The notes under the pieces: model-generated
The model's input: the letters and a program-made list of their open reading frames with translations, nothing else
What the model was told of the DNA's origin: nothing
Databases searched by the model: none
Shown: positions 46,501 to 56,641 of the stretch, piece by piece
Layout: each line of letters begins with the position of its first letter
Numbering within the stretch: the stretch's first letter is position 1
Source: Halocafeteria seosinensis
Lineage: Eukaryota
Direction: 5' to 3'
Assembly (NCBI GenBank): GCA_001687465.1
Contig: LVLI01000138.1
Span: forward strand, 1-64,000
DNA: 64,000 bases
Made by a program: the position numbers and the translations under genes

Positions 46501-46733
46501 ATGAACAATCTGCTGACAGTAAAGCGCAGGAATTGGCAAAGCGTATGCAGTTTACGAAGCGCGCAAATATTTCGAATCACGAACAATTTCAGGGACTGGA
46601 TTTGCGCAGAGAAAGAAGGGGTCCTAGAGTTTCCAAGAAGGAATTCGGTCAGTCTCTTCCATTGGATCGGTCAGTTAGGTCTATTCATGCAAGGCGACTT
46701 GTAGAGAAGAACAGGAGGGGGCAACAATCGTAA
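43509..46733 (+). CDS. Type I membrane protein: signal peptide, beta-rich DDFEDSDLSEY domain, 15 x 32-aa Cys repeats, TM, cytoplasmic tail
   Basis: 1074-aa ORF; signal ending FPVAA; 30 CxxC motifs; TM GIAAGSVLGAMLTLILLLVLY followed by RR. Confidence 0.9.
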   Translation: MVGVKFPILPLRLIYSLLVCGVLQFLSVFPVAASDTIVVDDFEDSDLSEYDGDKDVFSVASKWTYSGGASLYGNNKGTGSDNDEDWIYSTSGLNAYPERGSTIRVVYKIHDFRTGAWCDPDIEFCFGGQDKDNAYCVRHGVWPDPRTNSVGLFLRRPGKKIAGSGEGSGPTGAGVYSFEIEYGDPTITVRLYEGDWDTLKQEISGDDTAYNSQGIGFTMYHGGCDGGDGWVKVSIDYVHIVPQECGVGKEPNGKGTGCETCSPHEYAGQGGSVCQPCGPGSIPLDDQSDCRPCEPHEYSKKDDNKCHSCDVGHIPLNDQSDCKPCRSYEYSENKDDTCHLCGAGQVPLKDQSGCKSCKPYEYSESKDDKCRSCGVGQIPLGDQSDCTPCEAYEYSDDTDTKCRSCGVGQIPLDDQSDCKPCESYEYSNNTASTCRSCGVGNVPLDDQSDCKSCRPYEYSENKDDRCHSCGVGRIPLKDQSGCKSCKPYEYSESKDDRCRSCGVGQIPVDDQSDCKPCEVYEYSNDTDTKCRYCGDGQIPLDDQSDCKPCESYEYSNNTASTCRSCGVGNVPLDDQSDCKSCRPYEYSENKDDRCHSCGVGRIPLKDQSDCKSCKSYEYSESKDDKCRSCGVGQIPVDDQSDCKPCERYESSRPQDEICFSCGPGRMPNKNQSSCVPCEIYEWSGPQDERCYPCGPGRVPNGNQSFCNDCGPDQYAGSEEAICRPCGEDTNPVANQSTCVSVINGQKSKKSSNAVSGIQGGIAAGSVLGAMLTLILLLVLYRRYQNANIWATHEDIKSVYAARFGVKVGGVSEEADSKGISFRRNTGNLEPSLDRQEGMELGYHNPLAPAMKESVKLSTDDRRTSLQRAHASVVHVASDNTYSLNANSIPPGSERSQVLFVEPRSKSSKVAAGQVRVVSAAAPKLAYAAKQKQTNPQIRVAAAEHVDTSEMRRTERVRLRLRVWKANLFLEPPPLVQVEIPVERNAGSYEYGYNLKNSDEQSADSKAQELAKRMQFTKRANISNHEQFQGLDLRRERRGPRVSKKEFGQSLPLDRSVRSIHARRLVEKNRRGQQS
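44280..45722 (+). repeat. Coding tandem repeat, 96-bp unit, with a 384-bp higher-order period in the core
   Basis: GATCAGAGTGATTG-like motif every 96 nt; off-frame ORFs at 44563, 44947 and 45331 repeat with period 384. Confidence 0.92.
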
Positions 46734-49673
46734 TTGCTAGTTTTTCGTACCATTTCGTCCACTGAACGCAATTGACATTCCCCAGTAACTCGAGTGCTTC
46801 TCGGTCATAGTTTCAGGATTCTTCTACACTGGACTGCCGCTTTCAGGTTTAGGATAGCACACGTACCACTTTGTCCTGTATAGCAAATCTGCAATCTTCC
46901 GTAGCCAGTAGCACACGTATTAAATTCCCAATTGTTAGCAAGCAAACTAAGGAAGAAGGAACACCATGACCATTTTCTGCATCATGTTCTTAACATATCG
47001 GTAGGCGGCTTCAAATACAACCAAAAAACACATAGATACCCTATTACAGAGTCTTCGGTATGGAATCGGAGCAAGTGTACAAGATACTGATACAGCATGA
47101 GCATAAGGTGAGTAGCTTGGCTCCAATCAATGGTTTGGCAGATTTTTGTCGTTGGCATTAAAGTACTCCGAATGGGAATAACAAGTACCAACTAAGGTAG
47201 AGCGTCGAAGTTATCGCCGATCTCTGGTTTCCTTGGGTCCGTCAAATCTGTCAGTCCAAAAACGGATAAAAAGTATACAAAAACCTAAATGTGTCGTTCA
47301 TTACAGCAGTGGTGGATTGTTCCCTCTTCCACTCGCAGCATGGTACATGACCATAAAGTTCTCAAGATCTTCAGGTCAGCAGGAGTTGAGCTGGCGCTGT
47401 TAGAGGTGTGCTCGGGGTGTCAGCGCGTTTGCAATTCTCTCTACCATGCCATCTGCACGGCCAAATTACGCTACATTTCTCCACAGACTATGGGAAGGGT
47501 TTATTTACAGCAGACAAAGGTGGTGAACGAGCCGGGAAAGGGCTGAGTCTAAAGCCCACCTGCAACCAAGTCCACTGTCAGTACACTTCAGCGAAGTCGC
47601 TGGAATTCGCACAGAGCCTAACATACAGCACTCGCTGCATACTCCTGGCTTTTGCAGGCTTCTTCAAGTCTTCGATACTGTGGATAGCTCAGCGGAGCTC
47701 TTTGGACGGATGAGTACCATCTCCAAAACGCTCTGATGATACCGATACACACACACAAATGTGACAGATAGCCCACATACCGATAGCCAAAATTCTCTGG
47801 ATATAGCAAGCATCCGCACGCCGCTCTCGGAAGAGTCGTCGTGAGCTTCAACCCGGAACAGAGCACAAAGAGCACTCGAACTCAGTGCAAACTAGTTAGT
47901 GGTTCGAAGTGACTTCCACACCCCACCCTGCTGGACGACGAGGAAGGAGATGACAGTCTACAGTAGTGACTGAGTCTACCAGCTGAAGCACCGGAGCTTG
48001 GTCCCCAACCAGAACCGTGACTCCATAGCAGTCCCTAACATGGTATTCTTTTCCAGGACAACAGTAAGTACAATGTCCCATGGACACCCAGTGAATGGGT
48101 TTCCCACGCTCTCGTTCTCAAGACCCTCTACTCACGGAGACACTACGAAACTAATATCCTTCGAACGAAGTTGAGTCCTCTCCATCATGTGTTGGCTAGA
48201 TGCGGGACTCCGAGGGGCTGATTAGAGAAATCAGATTCATTACATGTAGGTTTAGTCACCCAACAGATAGACATGACGTGACGTGGAGTGACTTCTCCAC
48301 AATGCCTTGTCTCTAAACACAGTAGTAGCTGTGAGATGCGTCCAAACGCAGCTCCAGCGGTCAAAAGCGGGAGCGCTCCATCAAGCGAACATCGAAGCAA
48401 TGGGTCTCGCCAAGGTTGGCGCAAGAAGCAAGTGAAGGACATATTTGAAATACGATGGGTGCCAACGCTTCCCAGTGGGATACCTCGTCTAACTCGAGGT
48501 GCACTCTCATCCACACGAAAAAAAATCTTGCTTGAGTTGAGACCATCACTTCGCTCCCGAGAGGCATTTTCTCAGTCCATGGCCGAAGTCTGCAGTCCTA
48601 TTGCAACCATATCAAACAGGGGAGTAGCTCTTCCTGCCTGGGTTGATAACCTGTAGGTATAACTGTCCACGCTTTGTCCACGAAGCCTGAGGTTTTAAGG
48701 TACAAAGCCAGAAGCGTCCGGCAGCTAAAACTCAGTTACTGTTTGATCCCATACATATGCACATTAAATATATTAAAAGAATCAATTCCATCGTCAACTG
48801 TAAATATGACAGCCATTTAAACTTCTGTTCTGGAGTTTGGCAACTACTTGGCAACAACTTCAAGCGGAGCCGTCAGATTGGCCAATCGCCGACTTGGCAA
48901 TCGCAGGAAGGAAAAACGTCCGTCCGACCGCCAGATTTGACGGACCCCTTGGTAAAGGGCGCGTAGCCTCTGCTACTGGGAATATGTCGAGTGGGAATTC
49001 AAGTGCGCACCAGCTGTAGATTACGTGGATTCTTTGGGGATAACTAGTACGAGTCAGAAACCCTGAGGTTCCGGACACTTTACCCGTGCGTGACATAGTT
49101 GGACTCGTAATGATATTATCTATCGAATGGTGGTTCCCGTATGTCGTCATACTAGTTGTGGAATGAGATCCAATTTTGGCGATCGCCATTTTTTACCCGG
49201 ACCCGCACGCACACACACAAATGTGACAGATAGCCCACCGGCCGGGAAGTTGCACGGGTAAAGTGTCGAAATTCGAGACCCTGGGTCACGAGCGTGGGAA
49301 GGGTGGCTCCAAACCAGGCTAAATGAATGCTTATCCTTGAATCATTGGTAAAGTTGGATACATAACGGGCTGATGTATCTAGACCGAGCACTGGAGCTGT
49401 TCATAAATATTCTTCAGCCCACGAAAAGCTGTTAAGGCATGGTCTCGCGGGAGCGGCATACTCCGTCCCACGCAACAAGGCATGTACATATTTCCACTCC
49501 ACTCTAGTGTTTCCCAAAAGTGCTGTTAGATCATTATAACCTGTATAAGGTACAGCAGGTTATATTATTGACATGTGAACGTTGTGCCAATACGAGACAC
49601 GAGTCACTAGGGGCAGAATCTACAGTAGACAGCCCCCCTGGTCGAAGGCACGTGGTGTACCGCATATTGCAAG

Positions 49674-50969
49674 ATGTGCAAAGCCACAGTACTGCCGGTA
49701 ATAACCCTGTGCATCACAGCTCTGCTATTAGGAGTTGGTTTGGGTCTCCGGAGACCACAGTTGCATGTTTCCTTTGATGAACCAGCAACTGAACCAGGAG
49801 ATGCGAAAACCCAAGGAGCTGGTCATATTTCGTTTGATACAGTGAACGAAACGACGACGCGTGCTCAAGAAGCTGTGTCGGATAGACTACCATCTAACAA
49901 AAGCGCGCCAAGCATACTAACCAAGTCTTCCGTTTCGGATGCACTTTATTCAATGCTTCAAGGAAGACTGAACTCGACGCAGAGGTGGACACTGCACACT
50001 TCTCCCGACGGGGAGTTGACGGGGTCGCGCCCAAAACTTCTCCTAGGACAACATGAGACCGCGACGCATATCTTCAAATTATCGTGTCCTTATGTTCCTG
50101 GACTAAATATGAGGAAGCGATCGCTAACAAAAGTTTACAACCCGATTTTGGCCACATTGTTGAATAAATTGCTGTGGGGACGATCTCAGCCACAAGCGCG
50201 TGGTGCAGTGATCCCAGTGAAACAAATTAGAGATACCGAAGGTAAAGACATTCTGGAAAACCTTCCTCGGTGGTGTATGTGGAATATCAGAGGTATTCAC
50301 TTCCTTGCGGGGGCACTGATAGAATATGATCCCAACTTAGTAAATAAAGTTGACAAGGACTGTTCATTTTTTCTAAAGCACAAAGAAGACACCGCAAAAC
50401 AATGGATTCTCGATATGATAATAGGACATAAAGATAGAGGGTGCGGTAAGAATATCTTTATCAGTTCTTTGACAGGAAGGCAACAGTTCAACGATTTTGA
50501 TGGTTGGTTGGATTTTGGTGAAAACACTTGCTCTGACCTTTCTGATGTCTCGTTTAGAATTCCATTTTTCTTGAAGGGCACCGCTGTTGACAAAACGAAA
50601 GTGTACTGTAGGATATCTAGGACGGCTCTTCAAATGGTTCGGCGCTTCTCCTCCCGAAGGATCAGCAGGTATCTCCAAACAACACTGCGGGACGACGAAT
50701 GGTTTCAGTTCTTTTTGCCGTTTCACTTTTTTCATAGTGAGTGGTTAGACGTCAAGTGCGATACCAGCAATTTGGGCTGTATGATGCAGCTCAGTTTTGG
50801 AATGCATGAACGCATTGCACTCTCTTGCTTTTCCAGCGTTACGAAGAACCTCGTAGCTCGTTCCATCACGGAGTTCGCCATAGCCTTCCTGACCGATGTG
50901 CACACAGCAAGGGCTGGCAGACTTCAGAAAGCGATCGAGCGTGAACGCAAAAGTAAATGCTCTACCTGA
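49674..50969 (+). CDS. Type II membrane kinase-like protein (FAM20/Four-jointed-like), paralogue 2
   Basis: Signal anchor, PKL, FKLSC, KQWILDMIIGHKDRGCGKN, FNDFDG, PFF.KG..VDK...YC, FLP(F/Y)H(F/Y)F.S.W shared with 31673..32935. Confidence 0.7.
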   Translation: MCKATVLPVITLCITALLLGVGLGLRRPQLHVSFDEPATEPGDAKTQGAGHISFDTVNETTTRAQEAVSDRLPSNKSAPSILTKSSVSDALYSMLQGRLNSTQRWTLHTSPDGELTGSRPKLLLGQHETATHIFKLSCPYVPGLNMRKRSLTKVYNPILATLLNKLLWGRSQPQARGAVIPVKQIRDTEGKDILENLPRWCMWNIRGIHFLAGALIEYDPNLVNKVDKDCSFFLKHKEDTAKQWILDMIIGHKDRGCGKNIFISSLTGRQQFNDFDGWLDFGENTCSDLSDVSFRIPFFLKGTAVDKTKVYCRISRTALQMVRRFSSRRISRYLQTTLRDDEWFQFFLPFHFFHSEWLDVKCDTSNLGCMMQLSFGMHERIALSCFSSVTKNLVARSITEFAIAFLTDVHTARAGRLQKAIERERKSKCST

Positions 50970-51962
50970 CGCTCTGAGCGCGCATCACTCTTGTAAGCAA
51001 TACTGCTTACAACATGCTCACGGGGCAACGACAGACTCACAAAGTACGCAAGCAAAACCAACAGGCAGGGGTGACGCCATTACACTTTAGACAGCGAGAG
51101 TGGGCGTCAATTTGATGACAGTGCTAAAGCCCTAGGGTCACGACCGTGGAAGTATTTATACAAATGGCTACTGGCTGCATACTACAGTGCTCTCTCATTC
51201 AGCTCTTTGTGGTTTACGGAAGATCTTGACAAGCATGTGGGCGGGAGTGGTCAAACGACTAATGTCAGTATCCCTTTGGCGAAGAATCAGGTCCTCAGGA
51301 TAAGGTCGTTACATAGTCCAGTTGCCCACTGGAAGAATGGCCAGTTTCGTCACCGGATATAGATCCGACGTTCTGAACCCCTTACCGTTGTTCATACAAT
51401 CATTGTCGCTTCATCTCGAAAATGGAATTCCGTAACCGTTGCAGAAAACAGCGCATTCGTGAAATTTCGTGGGTGAGGGATGGTTCTTCAGCCACAATCT
51501 GCAGGCTTCCAGTCAATTGCTAGTTTTTGGTCCGTGATGCTTATAACGATATGGTTAGCTGCCGTTGGCGAAGGAGAAGGTTGAGAATTGCATTGGTTCA
51601 GACGCTGGCAAATTACGTGGACTGGGCTATGAGGAATAAAATACACACGGCTAACATCTCCTCTGGTAGGCAAACGGTGGAGCGGGATGCCCGAGAAAGG
51701 AAACAAGAAGATCATACCGTAATCATCGATGATGGATGATTTACAAGGTGGTGGCCTCAACCCCTGCGACGGAGACAAGAATGTTGATAGCAAACAGTGA
51801 TAGCTAGCGACCGAGTTTGAGGGCCAAGCAAACATTGTTTACTATACCGTACAGTCGACGCGGTACCCTGTCCATGTCTGTCGGTCGCCAAGCTCGGAGC
51901 TGCCTAATTTGGCTTATTTTTTGGACCATAGTTTGAGCAAGTGTATCCTGGTGGGGAACGGC

Positions 51963-53450
51963 ATGAAATGCTATATGTGTATGCTGTCCGTGCTGCTGCT
52001 CGGAGTTCCACAGGTGCTCGCAGAAAAAGATGCCGTCGTCGTCGACGATTTCCAGGATGGTGACCTCTCAATGAATATGAAGGAGATACGGATGTCTTGG
52101 CTGTCAATACGGACTGGAGTTCAAAAGGTGCGAGTTCGCTATATACATGCAGTAAGGACTCAGATGGAGACAAGATAAACTATTCGAGTTAAATACCATG
52201 TGCATGAAAACAACGCTGACGACGCGTGTGATCCCGATATTCGCTTTTGTTTTGGCGGGTTGGGCAAAGATAACACGTACTGTGTAAGGCACTAGGTGTA
52301 CGAGGACACCGGTGCTGCCAACTCGGTCGGCTTGTATTTGCTGAAATACGAGGATGGGAAGGAAGAAACTCACGTCGAGATAAACACAGGTCCTGCCGGT
52401 AGACAAGTGTATTCGCCTGAAATAGAGTACCGCGATCCAACAATTACGGTACACGGGTGCTTCGAAGAGGAGATGCTGCCGATGTTGATACGTAATACAG
52501 TGACCAAGGAATCGGATTTATTTACTTTGGGGACTGTTCAGATGGGTTTGTGTAAGTGAGTATAGACTATGCGCATATCGTTCCACAGAAGTGTGACCCT
52601 GGGAGCAAGTCAAACGACCATGGGACAGATTGCTCTGGCTGTCCATCGTACCAATACGCTGGGGAGTCCATTCGGAATGCAAACCCTGCGATGATGGTTC
52701 TGCTCCAAATGAGGTGCAAAGTGATTACAAGCTGTGCAAGGATCATGAGCGCAGGATGCAACATGCAATACCTGAGACGATGGTTCTGTTCCTAACGATG
52801 CTCAAAGTGATTGCAAGTCGTGCGAAGATCATGAGTACTCTGGTGAGCAATATGCAACGCGCAAAATCTGCGACGATGGTTCTAATAACGCGCAAAGTGA
52901 TTACAAGCCGTGCGGAGTATCAGAGATCATAAGTACTCCGGTTGAACTCGATGCTCTATGCCGATCTTGTGGTTTGAGGTATTCCTAACGGGAACCAGAA
53001 TTTGCGCATCAGCTGCAAATCGTATGAATACTCTGGGTTAGGGTTAGATGTACGTATGCACAGCCTGTGGTGCAAGGAGTATTCCAAATGGGAATCATAG
53101 CTTGCGTATTAGCTGCCGCTCGTATGAATACCCGGTCGTAAATAATGTTCTCAGGAATGTTCGGCCTTCAGTGACGATAACTGCCGTCCGTGTGGACCTG
53201 GCAACATTCCTCAGGTTAATCAAAGCGAGTGCATATCATGGGCTCCTCACGAGCACTCTGGGTATAATGGTATGTCACTCATGTCGGGTTGGCCGCATCC
53301 CCCAGAAAAGTCAGAGCGCCTGTTTGAATTGTGACCCGAGTACTCTGGTGCTAATGACGATAAATGCTGGCCATGTGGAGCAGGTAGCATTCTTCTCTAT
53401 GACCAGAGTGGTTGCAAACCGTGTCCCTCGACCAGTGTGCTACAGGCAAT
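51963..53450 (+). pseudogene. Decayed paralogue of the 43509..46733 receptor (signal, DDF domain, Cys repeats; no TM or tail seen). A further small DD..DGDK remnant lies near 51710-51790
   Basis: VVVDDFQDGDLS, CDPDIRFCFGG..KDNTYCVRH*, NSVGLYL, EIEYRDPTITV, SIDYAHIVPQKC, with many frameshifts and stops. Confidence 0.88.
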
Positions 53451-53840
53451 GACACTTCTTGTATATCATGCGGTATTTTCAACAGCTGACTTAGTCCAAG
53501 AGTCAATGCTGAAGTTCTTTGTCCGTCCTCTATATTGGAATTCTGCTACGTCTGCGATTCATCAGGTTTGCCCGGAATCCAGTCGGGAAGGCAGGAGAAT
53601 TGATCAAGAACTTGAGAATCAAAACTGAGAACAAAGTCAAATTCAAACTACCTTCTTTAGCTAGCTTCGAAAACAGTAACTATAGATAAGTGCTACCGTT
53701 GCAAGTTGCATTCTCCAGCAGTTCTGCTTAGCTTCTTGATTCCTGCTGCGCCGTGCCCCGATGGGGCACCCCACCGCCCCCATCCAGTTCGATCCCTTCC
53801 ACAGGATTGTTGAGGCTGTTTCCGCTACACATGTGCCATC

Positions 53841-54740
53841 ATGATGGACAAAACTCATGAATACCAAGGTGAAATGGTAGAGGATGAAGATGAGCAACTT
53901 TCAGGCAAGCAACTCCGGCAGGAAATCGAGGACTTGAAGGAAATGTGCCGCCCCGAATCCGTGAATTCAAATGGCTCCGAGGGCTTCAGGGACGATTTTC
54001 GCCCCAATACAGACACTCCAGTTGATGATCAAGACCTATGGATGGAAGATATAACCATGATTGAGTCTATCAAACAGCTGGCGGATGAATATGAAGAGGA
54101 ACAAGAGAAGGGAATGGAAAAGACCGAACTTCAACCAGGCAGGAAGCCATTTGAATTTGTGGGATCCAACCAATCCCCCGTATATCATGCTGATAACGAA
54201 GTTAAGGGCGATATCGATGCACATGTCGCGTCGGCAAGTCCCTCGAGCACTACTAGTGCTCAAAGCAGCTTCCGGCACGAAACCAGCACTTCGGGTGCAT
54301 CAAAGATCTCCACAATTCCCGCTGGGAATGGCGGTTATGTGCGCGATAGTGATAGTGATGATGGCGAAATATGTCTGATTAGTGCATCACCATCCCGTAT
54401 TGAGAGGAGTGTCAATGCTGCAAGGGACGACGTGACAGGAGACGAGAATACAGATGATAGGGGCGAAGTCTCGATGAACTCCCGACCAAATGCAGCAGAA
54501 AACGGAGGACCTAAAAGCACTAGGAAAGTTGACTTTATTTCCCTCTCTCAGTGCTCAGATGGTGCGGAAACAAGTCCTCACGTAGAGGACGCAAATACGC
54601 ATAATCGAGAATCTGAGTTGTGGCATCGGAGGGAGCCCATGAAGGAGCTCAAACGTAACTATCGCAATTCTCGCACTACTCCTTTGAAGAGGATGTCTCG
54701 CAATCGTCGCATAGATGACATGTTCCGAGGTAAAAATTGA
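53841..54740 (+). CDS. Hypothetical acidic, probably disordered protein (299 aa; may lack upstream exons)
   Basis: 900-nt ORF rich in D/E/S with basic C-terminus ending RRIDDMFRGKN. Confidence 0.55.
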   Translation: MMDKTHEYQGEMVEDEDEQLSGKQLRQEIEDLKEMCRPESVNSNGSEGFRDDFRPNTDTPVDDQDLWMEDITMIESIKQLADEYEEEQEKGMEKTELQPGRKPFEFVGSNQSPVYHADNEVKGDIDAHVASASPSSTTSAQSSFRHETSTSGASKISTIPAGNGGYVRDSDSDDGEICLISASPSRIERSVNAARDDVTGDENTDDRGEVSMNSRPNAAENGGPKSTRKVDFISLSQCSDGAETSPHVEDANTHNRESELWHRREPMKELKRNYRNSRTTPLKRMSRNRRIDDMFRGKN

Positions 54741-55639
54741 ACGCTCGTATTATCATTGCGCGGCTAACCTTGAGTAAAACAGTGATTTCCGCGGAATCGT
54801 CTGATCTGTTAACTGAGGGTGCTCTAGAGGGTCTCATGCTTACGATAGCGACGTTCTTCAGGCAAATCGGTCAGATTCCGGATTGTGGATGTATTGCCAT
54901 GTGTCCGTCGCGATGGAAGTGTTACTCCATGGGAACAGTATGTACTCCAACGGGCAATAACAGGAAGTTAGGGGTCTGAAGAGATGTGGCGAGTGGTGGG
55001 CCTCTAATTCCTCTTTCTGAGGCCTCTTTCGTAAATGGTGTTAATACCCATAAGACTAATTTGGTTCGTATGGGAGACTGATGCGCTTGTGTCATTCCTT
55101 TGAAGGCTTTTGGATGTAGATGGACTCTCCTGGTGATTGTTGGTACAATCCGGTTAGCAAGCGAGGCACTCATCACTCATGGGGGCCGTTTTTCGTACAC
55201 TCCAAGCTCGACGTTTGTAGGTTTAACACATTGTTTATCACTGAAATTTTGATACGGCACTCGGGGAGGAATTGAGAGCCCTGGACCAATGCGGCTTCCC
55301 GGGACTAAAATACTGTACCAGCTGGCTTTGCAGCAGGAGGATGTAACATCTCCAAGGCACTACGACGGGCTGCAGGTGTTTTAGACCGTGGGGAGAGCTA
55401 TAAACAGTCCTCTCTTGGCCTCCTTATGGAAGATGAAGTTCTGAAGGTATCCAGTTTGCTAAAACTTGTTTGCATCATTATACGAAGCACCGGAATCAAG
55501 GACTTCTGAGTACAATGTTGAGCAGAGTGCATACCGAAGCGGATGAATCGAGAGTTCCATGTATGCCAAACGAACAGGCCCCAAGAATTCTGTGTTTTCC
55601 TTCCTTTTGTTTCTTTGACTATCAGTTGCTGACACATCG

Positions 55640-56308
55640 CTACTGCTGTGGGTGCGTTGCGACGAAAATGCGTCTAAGTGATTTCAGAACCTGCAGCGCA
55701 CGATGGTACTTTCACGCAAACCCAAAATACACCTAGTTCCAGTTGTCCGTTTACCTGATCTGCTGTGTAGTAAAAATATCGATAATGGGGGCTTCCTTCT
55801 TCATTTTGTATCTTCGGTAACAGTCTCTTGGGCTTCTTGGCGAATAGGATTCTTGGCACGTACCCACCGTCCTGCATGATCGACAACAATTGACTAGTGA
55901 TGAGATCCCGAACGGCAGTGTAGTAGAGTTCCAACATACGGGCATAAATCTCTTTGACTGAGCCATCTCCTGGTCGTCCAATTTTATTAAAATCAGCTGC
56001 TCTTGAGCTAGCCTCTTGAAGTCGTCTGATTTTTCGAGTGATTCCTCCAGTGTCCGACATATTTCTGCAAGAGAAACTTCAGATCACACGTAGCATGGAA
56101 CGCGTTAGCTAATTCACGCACCACACCAGTCCGCGGAAATGAAGTACATTATATGCCTCTTTTGCTCACTTGCTGCTTGTTCTCCCCTCTGCCTATCTGT
56201 GTACCAATTCAATTCAGTCGCATTTTCTGCCGCAGCGAGTGATGCGTTGAACATCGACCATAATGCGAGAATCAGAGCTCCTTTCCGGAGAAAATCCATT
56301 CCATGCAT
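55640..56308 (-). CDS. TXNDC12: ER thioredoxin-fold protein, TXNDC12/ERp18 (AGR family)-like, 4 exons
   Basis: Spliced: signal peptide, ISADWC|EICRTLEE...LIKLDD...FMP|DGGYVPRILF...IQNEEGSPHYRYFY..ADQ|V; matches the ERp18 PDGGYIPRILF / NPSYKYFY signature. Confidence 0.8.
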
Positions 56309-56641
56309 AACCAATCAAGCGACAACGGGATAATACATCTTCTTCCACTTCCACAATGTTCCGGCCAAACCCTCCGCTGTGTGATGCGTTGCCCCGACTT
56401 TGTCGTTTTTGGATTCCTCGGTTGAAGTTGATACGCAGCAATCTTTTCTTTGTGAAGTTCAACAAGCATTAATCATTTCTTTCAGCGTCCCCAACTTCAA
56501 CTTGGAGTGACACATGGGAGGTGTATGTGGCTCAATGCACGGGATCCTGACGGTATTAGGTAGTGTTTGAGTATCGCCAGGGTGTGGGAGTGAAGGTACG
56601 TACGTCAGAACCGGAAAAGCGAGACGGAAGGTTAGGAAACC

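Noticed and set aside
47408..47713. STDYGKGLFT resembling a SET-domain start
   Set aside because: No NH.C.PN or ELxxDY motif seen; too short to support
54750..55630. Several 79-88 codon ORFs between the acidic protein and TXNDC12-like gene
   Set aside because: No motifs or convincing splice model
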